Source: Ilumatobacteraceae bacterium (lineage in GTDB: Bacteria; Actinomycetota; Acidimicrobiia; Acidimicrobiales; Ilumatobacteraceae). From it: DNA of 64,000 bases. The stretch covers positions 194,706 to 258,705 of the forward strand of contig CAVUUX010000003.1 of NCBI GenBank assembly GCA_963744705.1, written 5' to 3'. Within the stretch, counting starts at the first letter, position 1. Every line of letters begins with the position of its first letter. A model generated the notes under the pieces. That model had not been told where the DNA came from, ran no database searches, and saw nothing but the letters and a program-made list of their open reading frames with translations. Positions 28,689 to 39,445 of the stretch are shown piece after piece. The translations under genes were made by a program, and so were the position numbers.

Positions 28689-29823
28689 CCGCGGCGAGCG
28701 ACGAGCCTCGGCCACCACCCGGCGCGCGAGCGGCTGCCCGGACCCGACGTCGTCAGAGCGGTCGCCCTGATCGGCGTGGTCGTCATGAACTACCACGGCT
28801 ACCTGCATCCTGCGCAGCGGCGTCGCCACGCGGCACCGGCTGGATGGAGGACCTGTTCGACCCGTGGGACGGACCGCTGTCGACGCGGTTCGCGGCAACG
28901 TTCGTGCTCGTGGCGGGCGTCGGCGTCACGCTGATGACCGCCCGACGGTCGAGCACCGGGCTCGCCCGTCGCCGCAGACGAGATCGCCCGGGAGCGTGAG
29001 CGGGTCCGGACGATGCGCGTGCGGCTGGTTCGCCGAGGGCTGCTGCTGTACGTCACCGGGCTGCTGCTCGAGGAGATCTGGCCCGGCACGATCATCCCCT
29101 ACTACGGCGCCATGTTCGTCCTCGCCGCCGCCATGTTCACCTGGCGGAGCCGATGGCTGGTCCTGGTCGGGTGTCGGCTGCAGCGGCCGGCGGATCGCTC
29201 GTACGGCTGTGGCGCGACGAGCAGGCCAACGCGACGGCATCAGCACGACGTGGCTGACCGATCCCGACGAGGGCTCGCTGCGCGACCACGTCTTCGGCGT
29301 CTTCGTCAACGGCACCCACCCGCTGCTGCCGTGGCTCGCGTTCCTCTGTGCCGGCATGGTGCTCGGTCGGCTGCTGCGCACGACGTGGTGGCGTCGCGCC
29401 GCGATCGGTGTCGGCTCGGGCCTCGCCGGACTCGGATGGCTCGTGTCACGGCAGGCGTCGACGGCGTTCGAGGACGTCGCATTCTCGATCGATCCCCTCG
29501 ACCGCGGCGTCGTGTACACGGCGAGCGCGCTCGGCACCGCCCTCGTCGCCTACGCCGCCGTCGACTGGCTCGCCGATCGGTTCCCGGTCGGCACCGATCC
29601 ACTGCGGCGCGCCGGGCAGATGACCCTGTCGCTGTACATCGCGCACGTCCTGGTCTTCAATCTGGTCGTCGACTGGCTCGGATGGATCGAACCGGCGGGC
29701 GTCGAGGTGGCGTTGACGTTCGCCCTGGGGTTCTGGATCGTCGGGATCGTCGCCGCTGTTGCCTGGCAACGTCGATACGGCATGGGGCCCGCCGAACGGG
29801 TCTATCGCACGTTCGGCGGGTGA
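28685..29823 (+). pseudogene. DUF418/DUF1624-type integral membrane protein; about 5 frame breaks
   Basis: GTG 28685 overlaps the previous stop (GTGA). The pieces read ERLPGPDVVRAVALIGVVVMNYHGYL, WMEDLFDPWDGPLSTRFAATFVLVAGVGVTLM and RVRLVRRGLLLYVTGLLLEEIWPGTIIPYYGAMFVLAA. They continue with GGSLVRLWRDEQAN and DGISTTWL...THPLLPWLAFLCAGMVLG...MTLSLYIAHVLVFNLVV...ERVYRTFGG. Breaks lie near 28722, 28820, 28965, 29170 and 29228. Confidence 0.65.
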
Positions 29824-29828
29824 GCGCA

Positions 29829-30772
29829 TCAGCGTGCCGATCGAGCGGCGCGGCGCATGCCCCGCCAGCCGACGGCCCCGGCACCGATGAGCGGCCCCTG
29901 CTCGCCGAGGCGGGTCGGCGTGATCCGCGCGCCCCGGCTGTACGCAAGCCGGGCCCCGTCGTCGAGAGCGACCTGCGCGGCGTGGAAGAACGTCGAGCCG
30001 AACCCGAGGGCGACACTGCCACCCACCACCACGAGCGACAGATCGAACGCGTTGCACATCACGCCGCCGCCCGCCCGACGACTTCGCCGGCGCGTTGCAT
30101 GATCTGGAACGACGGCTCGGTCGCCGGACGTCCGGTGATCGCGTCGATCGCCATGCCCGAGGCCTCGGCATCGAGGCACCCCTGGGTGCCGCAGTGGCAC
30201 CGGCGTCCGCCCGGCTCGACGATGACGTGGCCGATCTGGCCGGCCTGACCCGACTCGCCGTCGAGGAGGTCACCGTCGAGCACGACGGCGCCGGAGATGC
30301 TGCCCGACACGGTGACCGCGAGGAAGTTCGGATGGCCCTGCGCGGCACCGAGCCACCCCTCGGCGAGTGCCAGCGCCTTGGCGTCGAGGTCGCCGTGCAC
30401 GGTGAGTCCCGTCAGTTCCTCCAGACGACTCCGCAGGGGGAAGTCACGCCACGACGGAGCGCTGATCGACGTCACCAGGTCGAGGTGGCGGGTGACCAGG
30501 CCACCGCTGCTGACGCCGACCCCGACGATTCGTGCATGGTGTCGATCGGGGACCTGCGCGACGAGATCCGTCACCACACCGGCGAGTGCGGTGTAGTTCG
30601 ACTCCGGTCCGACGTCGACCTCGATCGGCGCCGATCGTCGATCGATGAGGACACCTCTCGCCGTCACCAGGCCCGCCTGGAAACTGTGAGCGCCGACGTC
30701 GACGGCGAGAATCACGTCGGTGGGACGCGGCGGGTCGGCGGCGACCGGGTCGCTCGGTGTGACATCGGACAT
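29829..30772 (-). pseudogene. ROK-family sugar kinase/regulator-type protein (glucokinase-like); one frame break
   Basis: ORF 30059..30772 reads VILAVDVGAHSFQAGLV...GVGVSSGGLV...DLDAKALALAEGWLGAA...GQIGHVIVEPGGRRCHCGTQGCLDAEASG, which includes the ROK zinc motif. A break near 30075 leads into ORF 29829..30200, which reads CNAFDLSLVVVGGSVALG...GEQGPLIGAGAVG. Confidence 0.82.
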
Positions 30773-30923
30773 GACGGGAGCGAACCGTAGCTGGATGCCG
30801 ACCCGCGGACCGGACGGCTACGGTCTCGTCGTGCGGCGAGAATCTGATCCAGCCAGCCGCTCGGTGTGCCGATACGCACCACGTCGGCATCCATGACCGC
30901 CTACACCGATCGACGTCCCCGCC

Positions 30924-32683
30924 ATGAAACCGAACGACACCGAACCGATGAACGCCACGATCGCCGTTCGTTCGCGTCGATGGAGCATTCCCGTCGTCGC
31001 GGCGATCACCGCGATCACGATCGTGTCGGTGTCGCTGCCGGCCCGTGCCGTCGACGAGCCGACCGAACCGGTTCCCACGACGTCCCCCGCCACGGTCACC
31101 ACGACCAGCGACCCGCCCGCGCCGGAGACGACCACGCCGGATCCGACGACCACCACCCCGACGACCGGCGGCCCGCCCACCACCCTGACGACCGGCGGCC
31201 CGACCACGACTGCACCCGTCGAGACCGAACCGGCCGAGACCAGCACGACCACGCCGCAGATCACCGCACCCGCGACGACGTTGCCCGCCGCCGCGCCCCA
31301 GAACGTCCAGGTGCTCCCGAGCCAGATCGCGAACATCCTGGCGACGATCCGCTACGTCGAATCACGCGGCAACTACGGCGCTCCACCGAACAAGGGCGGC
31401 GCCTCGGGCGCGTATCAGTTCATCGCCTCGACATGGGACGGCTACGGCGGATACTCACAGGCGTACCTCGCGCCGCCCGAAGATCCAGGACGAGCGTGCG
31501 GCACGTGGACGTCAACCGCTTCCTCGCCCAGTGGAACAACGACGTCTCGATGATCCCGGTCATGTGGTACTACCCCCGAGCATCGCGTGACGCCGCGTTG
31601 ATGGACATCGTTCCCGTGCCCTCTGCCGGCAACGTGCTCACCGTCCGCGAATACCAGCAGCGCTGGCTCGGGGTCTGGGCATTCCTGTCCGGCCAACCCA
31701 TCCCCCGCCAGCTCACGCTGTACCAGGCCCTGGGTCGTCTGGGCATCCCGCCGACACTTCCCGAGAGGCAGGTGATCGACCCGGCGGCACCGGCCATCGA
31801 ACGCAAGGCCACGATCGTGTTCCCGGTGATCGGCCCCACCCGGTTGGCAGCTCCGGATTGCGGAGACGCCCAGGACGTCGCACAGAACGCCGGAGCGGGC
31901 GCCGGCGCCACACCTCAGGAGATCGAGGCGGCCGGTCTGTGCGCCGAAGAGGCGCCGGGCATCGTGTTCGGGGTGAAGCTGCAGCCCGTGCTCTCGGTGA
32001 CGGACGGCGTGGTGACCGACGTCCACGACGAGCCGGGCGACATCGTCTCGGTCACCGTCACCGACGACAGCGGACGCAGCTACAAGCTCGCCGGGTTCAA
32101 CGACGACAATCCCGGGACCGACGACGGGGCGGCGCCGCCCCACCTGCGACTCTCGGCGCTGGCCGAGGTCGGCACCGGCGTCAGAGCGGGACAGATCCTC
32201 GGCTTCATGGGCGACTCGAGCCCACTCCCACTCGGCGTCCGCTCCGACGTGCCCACCGATGCGACGGTCGACATCGCGACCGACGCGGTCGCCCCGCACA
32301 TCCGCCTCACGATCGAGGATCTCGACGGGACGCCGGTCGACGCCTACGGGCCCGTCATCGACTCGCTGTTCCGCCAGGTCTGCTCGGTCGGCATCGGCCC
32401 GTGGTCGGGCGTGCCCACCGGCGAACTCCACGAAGCGGTCACGACCGAGACCACCGACGACAACCGTGACATCGACTCCGAGTGGGTCATCACCTCGACG
32501 GGACAGGTCACCGCGGCCGGCTGGGCTGCGATGATCTACCCGAGCGAGAGTTGCGGATGGGCACCCGAGCTGCCGTACGGGCCCGGCGCCGGGGGATCGC
32601 CCCAGGTGCCCGCGTACTGGGCCGTACCGCTCGATCTCGCAACCCCGATCTGGATCGAACTCGCCCAGCAGAAGCGACGGTGA
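30924..32683 (+). pseudogene. Secreted cell-wall hydrolase-like protein: signal/TM, Pro/Thr-rich linker, SLT-type transglycosylase-like module, degenerate LytM/M23-like C-terminal region; 1-2 frame breaks
   Basis: MKPNDTEPMNATIAVRSRRWSIPVVAAITAITIVSVSL is followed by TTSDPPAPETTTPDPTTTTPTTGGPPTT... Next come ATIRYVESRGNYGAPPNKGGASGAYQFIASTWDGYGGY. Break(s) near 31480-31500 are followed by ...FPVIGPTRLA...VLSVTDGVVTDVHDEPGDIVSVTVTDDSGRSYKLAGF...VRAGQILGFMGDS...APHIRLTIED. Confidence 0.7.
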
Positions 32684-32717
32684 TCGATCGTTGACGCTCC
32701 TCTCGCGTCCGTGAACG

Positions 32718-33689
32718 TCAGCCGACGCGGCGAGCGGTCTCGACGAGATTGATCTCGTAGAGCACTTCGTCGAGCGCATCCTCCGCGCTGATCGCCGCGA
32801 ACCGCTGGGGGTTCTCGGCGGTACAGCACGACGGCACCGGCGACAGGATCGTCCACGGCCGTGGGTGACAGAACTGCACGACGCTGTAGCGCTCGCCCTC
32901 GTAACCGGGAGCAGCGACCACACGGTGCCAGCCGATCGGGATGACGCCGTTGGTGAGCCGTTCGAGCATGATGCCCGTGTTGATGATGACGGCGTCGGCG
33001 GGCGGGGTCGCGTCGACCCAGTCGTCGTCGACCTTCACCTGCAGGCCGGGGGCCGTGGCCCGCGGCAGCGCCGTGATCAGGTTGATGTCGCCGTGTTCGG
33101 CGGCCCACACGTGGCCCTCCTCGCCCAGCTCGGACATCGCCGGGTAGCGGATCGCCCGGGTCAGCGTCGGGTCCGTCGGCGACCATGTCGTCGAAGAACG
33201 TCTCGTGGCAGCCGATGCCCTCGGCGATGACGCGCAGGAAGCGGCGCTGCAGGTCGGCGATCGACTCGTGGAAGCGGTGGAGCACCTCGGTGATGCCGGG
33301 CACGGCGCCTCGGGAAGGACCTGGTCGGGATAGGCGGTCGAGAACTTCCGCTTGAGCGGGTGCCCGGGCGCGATCGGCTTCGACCAGTTCAGCATCTCCT
33401 TCCAGTCGGGCTTGTCGCTCGACGCCGCGGTCTCCACGAGCAGGCCGGTGTACCCGGTCTGGCCGTTCGCGCCGGGGGCCACGAAGCGCTGCTTGTCCTC
33501 CGCGGTGAGCTCGAAGAACGTGCGCAACATGGCGTAGGTCGTGTCGAGCAGATCCTCGGACAGGTCGTGGCTCGTGTACACGAACCCGGTCTCCAGACTC
33601 CGGCGCACACCGTCGACGACGGCCCGACGCTGCGGGCCGGTGGTGCGTTCGAAGGCCAAGAGGTCGACGTCGAGGATCTGATCGCTCAT
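32718..33689 (-). pseudogene. 2-oxoglutarate/Fe(II)-dependent oxygenase (isopenicillin N synthase / ACC-oxidase family); two frame breaks
   Basis: ATG 33689 gives [48 protein letters not shown]...DKQRF. The middle piece is in ORF 32536..33303 (PGITEVLHRFHESIADLQRRFLRVIAEGIG). The C-terminus reads AAEHGDINLITALPRATAPGLQV...IINTGIMLERLTNGVIPIGWHRVV (HxD...H triad). Breaks lie near 33300 and 33180. Confidence 0.78.
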
Positions 33690-33699
33690 CGCCGCAACG

Positions 33700-34716
33700 C
33701 TACCGGGCGCCCTCGGCCGGCTCGGGTGGCACGCCGTCGGGGGCGAACAGCGCCGGCCATCCCCCCGTGTGGATGAAGACGACGTCGTCACCGAAACGGC
33801 CCTCGGCCGCCAAGCCGAGCAGCCCGGCGCATCCCTTGCCCGAATAGGTGCGGTCGAGCAACCAGCCACCGCGGCGCGCCGCCCAGCGGATGGCAGCGTC
33901 GCCCTCGGCAGTCGGCACCGCGTAGTCCTCGCCGATCCAGCGGGTGTCGACCTCGACGTCCTCGTGGGCGACGATCGCCGTGGAGTCCATCAGCGTCAGC
34001 GTGCGGTTGGCGAGATCCGCGATGTCGGGACGGCCGATGTTGACACCCTTGGCCACACCGATCGCGATCACGTCGGGAACCCACCGACCACCGTGAGCCG
34101 CAGCCGCCCTGCCCGCGAGCAGGCCCGCATGGGTGCCGCCGCTCGACGACGTGAACACGACGTGGCTCGGCATGATGCCTGCGGCGTCGAGCTGATCGAG
34201 CAGCTCGATGAAAGCGGCGGCATACCCGAGCGCCCCGACGGGAGTGCTTCCACCGATCGGAATCGCGTAGGGCGTCAAGCCCTCCGCGACGAGCTCCTCG
34301 GTGAGCAGCTCACGAGCCATCTCGAGCTCGCCCCAGTGGCTCTCCTCGGCCCCGGTGAAGTGCAGTTGGGCTCCGAACAGCATCGACAACAACTGGTTGC
34401 CGGTCACCTCGTCGGGCCGATCACCCGACAGCACCAGGTGCACCTCGAGCCCGAGCCGGGCCCCGGCCGCAGCGGTCATCCGGCAGTGGTTCGACTGGGC
34501 GGCGCCGACCGTCACCAGTGCACCGGCCCGGTCGGCGAGAGCCTGGCCGCAGAGGAACTCGAGCTTGCGGGCCTTGTTGCCACCGCCGCCGAGCCCGGTC
34601 AGGTCGTCGCGTTTCACCCAGAGCCGCGCTCCGCCGTCGAGGGTCGGACCCGCTTCGAGCGGGGTCGGCAGCGTTGCGAGCTGTGCTCGCTCGAGGTGAT
34701 CGAACATCACCTTCAT
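33700..34716 (-). CDS. PLP-dependent ACC deaminase / D-cysteine desulfhydrase family protein
   Basis: This is the last 339 codons of the spurious 1067-aa ORF. They read [24 protein letters not shown]...[24 protein letters not shown]...[16 protein letters not shown]...[10 protein letters not shown]...DRTYSGKG. Intact. It ends 11 nt before the oxygenase start. Confidence 0.85.
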   Translation of the reverse strand: MKVMFDHLERAQLATLPTPLEAGPTLDGGARLWVKRDDLTGLGGGGNKARKLEFLCGQALADRAGALVTVGAAQSNHCRMTAAAGARLGLEVHLVLSGDRPDEVTGNQLLSMLFGAQLHFTGAEESHWGELEMARELLTEELVAEGLTPYAIPIGGSTPVGALGYAAAFIELLDQLDAAGIMPSHVVFTSSSGGTHAGLLAGRAAAAHGGRWVPDVIAIGVAKGVNIGRPDIADLANRTLTLMDSTAIVAHEDVEVDTRWIGEDYAVPTAEGDAAIRWAARRGGWLLDRTYSGKGCAGLLGLAAEGRFGDDVVFIHTGGWPALFAPDGVPPEPAEGAR

Positions 34717-34733
34717 GCTATGCACTTGCACCG

Positions 34734-35412
34734 ATGGCGAAGACCGACTGGAATCCGTTGCTGCGCGATCAGTTCGACCAGCCGTACTGGACCGAACTGC
34801 AGTCGTTCGTCGCCGACGAACGACGACACCACGCCGTCTACCCACCACCGGACGACGTCTTCGCCGCGCTTGCACCTGACCCCCTACGCGGACACGCGGG
34901 TGGTCATCTTGGGCCAGGACCCGTACCACGGGCCACGGCAGGCACACGGTCTGTGCTTCTCGGTTCGACCCGGGGTGCGCATCCCGCCGTCGCTGGCGAA
35001 CATCCACAAGGAACTCCACGACGACCTGGGGCTGCCCATCCCCGACCACGGGAGCCTCGAGGCGTGGGCGCGCCACGGTGTCCTGCTGCTCAACGCGACG
35101 CTGACCGTGCGCGCCGGCCAGGCCGCCTCGCACCAGAAGCACGGCTGGGAGACGTTCACCGATCACATCATCGAGGTGGTCAACGACAAGCCGGAGCCCG
35201 TCGTGTTCCTGCTGTGGGGCAACTCCGCTCGTCGCAAACGTTCCCTGATCGACACCACCAGACACATCGTGATCGAGTCGGCGCACCCGTCGCCGCTCTC
35301 GGCCCACAACGGGTTCTTCGGGAGCAAGCCGTTCAGTCGGGCCAATGCCGCACTGGTCGCCGCCGGCCGTGAACCGATCGACTGGAATCTGGCCGATCCG
35401 GGGATGATGTAG
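34734..35412 (+). pseudogene. ung: Uracil-DNA glycosylase (family 1); one frame break
   Basis: [47 protein letters not shown] break near 34870 is followed by [29 protein letters not shown]...[17 protein letters not shown]...FLLWGNSA...AHPSPLSA. Confidence 0.9.
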
Positions 35413-35415
35413 GCC

Positions 35416-36279
35416 ATGGCGTGGACCACGAGTGAACGGGTGATGGATCTCCGTGCGAGACACCCCGCGATCGAGGTGGGCGTCGACACGCTCGACGGCT
35501 GGCGGCGCCACATCTCCGGGCGCAACGCATCGGTCCTGGCGTTCTTCGGCTTCCTGTCGATCTTCCCGTTGATGCTGGCGGCCACGACGATCCTCGGGCT
35601 CGTCCTGAAGGACAACGAGGACCTGCGACAACGGATCATCGACGGCGCGCTGGACGACATCCCGGTGATCGGCCAGCAGCTGCAGGACGACCCGGCGTCG
35701 CTGGACGGCAGCGTGTGGCTCCTGATCGCCGGCCTGGCAACGGCACTGTGGAGTGCCACCAAGGCGTTCGTCGCGCTGCAGGGCGGGCTCGACGACGTCT
35801 GGGAGATCGACGTCGACCATCGCGATGCCATGCCGAAACAGCGCGGCAAGGCGCTGCTCGGTCTGGTCCTCATCGGCGGGGCCCAGGTCGCCGGGCTGGC
35901 GGTGACCGCAGTCGTCAACGAGGCCGATCTGCCGCTCGGAGGACGCGTCGTGCTGTTCGCCGGCACCGTGGTGATCAACGTCGTGGTGGTTGCCGTGATG
36001 TACCGCTACCTCACCGCAGCACGCCTGTCGTGGACCGACGTGTGGCCGGGTTCGATCACGGCGGGGATCGCCGCGACGTTGATCCAGCAGTTCGGCACGA
36101 TGATCGTGGTGCGGATCACCACGAACGCGAGCGACACCTACGGCCAGTTCGCCGTGGTGCTCGGCCTCGTGACGTGGCTGAGCCTGCTGGCCGTCGCCAC
36201 GATCATGAGCGCCGAGTTCAACGCCGCGCTCGTGCGCCGACGGGAGGGATCGCTCGCGCGCGCGACGCAGCCCGCATGA
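35416..36279 (+). CDS. YihY/BrkB-family membrane protein
   Basis: Intact 287 aa. It reads ASVLAFFGFLSIFPLMLAATTILG...ATKAFVALQGGLDDVWE...TYGQFAVVLGLVTWLSLLAVATIMSAEFNA. Confidence 0.82.
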   Translation: MAWTTSERVMDLRARHPAIEVGVDTLDGWRRHISGRNASVLAFFGFLSIFPLMLAATTILGLVLKDNEDLRQRIIDGALDDIPVIGQQLQDDPASLDGSVWLLIAGLATALWSATKAFVALQGGLDDVWEIDVDHRDAMPKQRGKALLGLVLIGGAQVAGLAVTAVVNEADLPLGGRVVLFAGTVVINVVVVAVMYRYLTAARLSWTDVWPGSITAGIAATLIQQFGTMIVVRITTNASDTYGQFAVVLGLVTWLSLLAVATIMSAEFNAALVRRREGSLARATQPA

Positions 36280-36293
36280 ACGATCGGATCGGG

Positions 36294-36839
36294 TCAGGGT
36301 CGCAGGACCGGGTACCCGTCGAGCACGGTGAGCAACGGTGACACGGGACTCGCCGGCAGCGGATGGCCGAGGTCGCGTGATCGCACCTCTCCGATCCACT
36401 GATCGTGCTGGTACTCGTGGTTCACGAGGGCTCGTACGAGTCCGGCGGCGACCACCGACAGCTGCGCGGGTGCTCCCACGGCGCCGGTACGGATCGCCTC
36501 GACGCGGACCAGGACGCGCTCGGACACCGCCGCCCGGTAGCGCGCCAGTCGCTCCCGGTCCGGAAGGTCGCCGCGAGCCGGTTCCGGTGTGGCGCTGTCC
36601 ATGAGTGCATCGAGTTCGGGGTCCGGGCTGGGTTCCGCGGCGAGCAGGTTGCGCACCATGAAGTGCGCCACCGCTGCCTGGTGCCCGAGGTGCCAACCGA
36701 TCGCGCTCGCGTGCTCGTTCGGGCGCCAACGGACCTCGTCGTCGGTCAGATCGAGCCACAGAGCATCGGTGAACGCCCAGGCGCGGCGGAGTTCGGCGAC
36801 CAGATCGTCGAGCAGGACGAGGCCCACGTCGCCGCTCAC
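36294..36839 (-). CDS. DinB-family (metal-dependent four-helix bundle) protein
   Basis: GTG 36839 gives VSGDVGLVLLDDLVAELRRAWAFTDALWLDLTDDEVRWRP...IGWHLGHQAAVAHFMV...VNHEYQHDQWIGE. Its start overlaps the inferred stop of the upstream gene (GTGA). Confidence 0.7.
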   Translation of the reverse strand: MSGDVGLVLLDDLVAELRRAWAFTDALWLDLTDDEVRWRPNEHASAIGWHLGHQAAVAHFMVRNLLAAEPSPDPELDALMDSATPEPARGDLPDRERLARYRAAVSERVLVRVEAIRTGAVGAPAQLSVVAAGLVRALVNHEYQHDQWIGEVRSRDLGHPLPASPVSPLLTVLDGYPVLRP

Positions 36840-38111
36840 CCGTGCTCGGCGAGACTGGTGACGATCGCACTGGCCGCCGTCGAGCGTGCGGTGCACGGGA
36901 CACTTGTCGGCGATCTCGAGCAGCTTGGCGCGATCGGCGTCGGTGAGGTCGTCACCGGCGATGTGGAGCACCCGCTCGAAGCGGTCGATCATCCCCGTAC
37001 GGCCCGCGAGACGCTCGTCGTCCGCACATTCGGCGCAGTCGTCGGCGTGGACCTTCCCGTGCGTGACCTCGACGGTGACCTGATCGAGCGGCAGCTTCTT
37101 GCGGTCGGCGTACATCCGCAACGTCATCGACGTGCACGCGCCGAGCGCCGCCCCGAGGAAGTCGTACGGCGACGGCCCTGCGTCGTATCCACCGGCCGAC
37201 TCGGGCTCGTCGGCGAGCAGCCGGTGACGCCCGACCACGACGTGATTGAGGAACGGCCCCTGGCTGGTCTCGGCGACGACGACCGGCGCGGTGGCGGGTG
37301 GTGCATCGAGCGCGCCGCTCTCGTCGACGATGTACCGGTTGGCGAACGCCCCGATCATCGATGCGGCGAACGCGGCATCGGGATACTCCGAGAGCAGGTG
37401 ATCGGCGCCGTCGAGCGACACGAAGTTCTTCGGATGGCGTGCGGCCAGGAAGATCTCCGCCGCGTTGTCGATGCCGACGGTGTTGTCGATCGGCGAGTGC
37501 AGCACCAACAGCGCCTTGCGCATCGTGGCGACCCGATCGACGACCACGTGGTTGCGGAGATCGTCGACGAACTGCCGACGGATCGTGAACGACCGGTCCG
37601 CGAGCTGCACCTGGGCGGTGCCGTCCGACTCGATCCGATCGAGCGACGACGAGAGCAGCCCGGTGAGATGCTCCGGGCTCGACGGAGCACCGATCGTCGC
37701 GACCGCACGCACCTCGGTGATCGACCCGGCGACCGCGAGCACCGCAGTTCCACCGAGCGAGTGGCCGATGAGCACCTGGGGGGCGCGATGGTTGGTCCGC
37801 AGCCAATCGGCCGCGGCAACGAGGTCCTCGGTGTTCGACGTGAAGTTGGTGTTGGCGAACTCGCCCTCGCTCATGCCCAGCCCGGTGAAGTCGAAGCGCA
37901 ACACACCGAAACCCACGTCGGTCAGCGCGTTGGCGATCCGCGACGCAGCGTGGATGTCGCTTCCACAGGTGAAGCAGTGGGCGAACAGTGCGAACGCCTT
38001 CGGTGGTCCCGCCGGGAGGTCGAGCCGAGCAGCCAGCTCGGTGCCCTGGCTGCCGGTGAAGGTGACCCGTTCGATGCGTGCTCCCATGGGTCGGACCGTA
38101 TCTGCGTTCAC
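36836..38111 (-). pseudogene. Bifunctional alpha/beta-hydrolase / OsmC-family protein; one frame break near its 3' end
   Basis: The N-terminus reads FALFAHCFTCGSDIHAASRIA...LIGHSLGGTAVL (hydrolase). The C-terminus reads GPSPYDFLGAALGACTSMTLRMYADRK...IADKCPVHRTL (OsmC). The ORF track fuses it in frame to the DinB gene. Shifting one base near 36870 gives the natural ending ...SAIVTSLAEHG-TGA at 36838-36836. Confidence 0.75.
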
Positions 38112-38124
38112 GGCGCGGTCGGTG

Positions 38125-38150
38125 GAGACGCGGGTCGAGTCCCGCGTCTC
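38125..38150. terminator. Hairpin GAGACGCGGG-TCGAGT-CCCGCGTCTC downstream of the acyl-CoA dehydrogenase gene
   Basis: Perfect 10-bp G/C-rich stem in the 51-nt gap between two reverse-strand genes. Confidence 0.55.
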
Positions 38151-38162
38151 AGACCCGGCGTC

Positions 38163-39408
38163 TCATTTGCGGCCGAAGCCGAAGAGGTGCTGGCCGACCT
38201 TGCGCATCTGGATCTCCTCGGAGCCCTCCGTGATGCGGTAGCGGCGATGGTGGCGATAGATGTGCTCGAACGGCATGTGCCGCGAGTAGCCCACCCCGCC
38301 ACAGGTCTGCATCGCACGGTCGGCTGCATCGCAGGCGAGGCGGTTGGCGCGGTAGTTGCACATCGCCACGAGATGCGTGACCTCCATGTGGTGCTTCGTG
38401 TCGAGCATCGACGCCGTGTACCGCACGAGCTGGCGCAGCATGGCCGCCTCGGTGTGCAACTCGACGAGCGGGAACTGGATGCCCTGGTTGACCGACAGCT
38501 TCTTGCCCCACGTGGTCCTGCTGTTGGCGTAGGCAACCGCCTCGTCGATGCAGTACTGGGCCGCGCCGAGCGACGACGCCGCCTGACGGATGCGGTTCTC
38601 GTGGACGAAGTGCTGGGCGAGTTCCAGGCCCCGATCGACCTCACCGAACAGGGCATCGGCGCCGACGCGGACATCGGTGAGGCTCACCTCGGCGTGATCG
38701 GTCGGCATGTTGAACGTCCACCAGAAGAACTCGACCTGGAAGCCCGGCACGTCGGTCGGCACGAGGAAGGCGCTGATGCCCTTGGGGCTGCCGGGCTCGC
38801 CGGACGTGCGGGCGAAGATGATGTCGTGGGTGGCGTGGTGCAGCCCCGAGTTCCAGCGCTTCATGCCGTTGATGACCCATTCGTCACCGTCACGAACCGC
38901 CGTGGTCTCCATGTAGGTGGCATCGCTGCCGTGGTTCGGCTCGGTGAGGCCGAACGCCGAGCCGGCGAGTTCCGTCGAGGAAACCCGGCATCCAGTCGGC
39001 CTTCTGCGCCTCGGTGCCGAAGTCCCGCATCATCAGCACGGTCGGGAAGTTGCCGACGATCGACGACTCGTTCTGCAGATCGTTGTGCAGGCCGAGCCCC
39101 TTGTGGGCCAGATGCTCGCGGATGATCGCCATCTTCAGGTTGCTCGCGTCCTGGCCACCGAACTCGACCGGGAGGGCGAGGCGCAACCACCCTGCCGCAT
39201 CGGCTCGACGGCGCATCTCACGCAGGAGCGCCTCCCAGTCCTCGCGGGGCACACCGTCGTTGTCGAAGTCGGTGCGCGCCCACTCACGACGGTGGTCGAA
39301 GAACCGGATGTTGTCGTCCTGCTGCTCCAGCGGCTTGATCTCGGCCTCGATGAAGGCATCGAGCTGGTCGAGCGTGGCGCGGATGTCGTCGGGGATCTCG
39401 AAGTCCAT
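38163..39408 (-). pseudogene. Acyl-CoA dehydrogenase; one frame break
   Basis: ATG 39408 gives MDFEIPDDIRATLDQLDAFIEAEIKPLE...LPVEFGGQDASNL. A break near 38975 leads into ORF 38163..38912, which reads GSDATYMETTAVRDGDEWVINGMKRWNSG...CGGVGYSRHMPFEHIYRHHRRYRITEGSEEIQ. Confidence 0.88.
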
Positions 39409-39445
39409 TGGCCGAGTGTGCCGACACGACACCAGCGGCGACGAG

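Noticed and set aside
30773-30923. c-di-AMP (ydaO-type) riboswitch upstream of the cell-wall hydrolase gene
   Set aside because: The association is known in actinobacteria, so I looked. I found only a generic hairpin (CCGTAGC...GCTACGG) and none of the conserved motif blocks I could recognise.
33700-36903. Giant 1067-aa reverse-strand ORF
   Set aside because: Only its last 339 codons (33700..34716) read as a real protein, the PLP enzyme. The upstream 728 codons are low-complexity Arg/Pro-rich sequence antisense to ung, the YihY-family gene and the DinB gene.
36405-39125. 906-aa forward ORF
   Set aside because: It is antisense to the well-supported hydrolase-OsmC and acyl-CoA dehydrogenase genes, with no motifs and biased composition.
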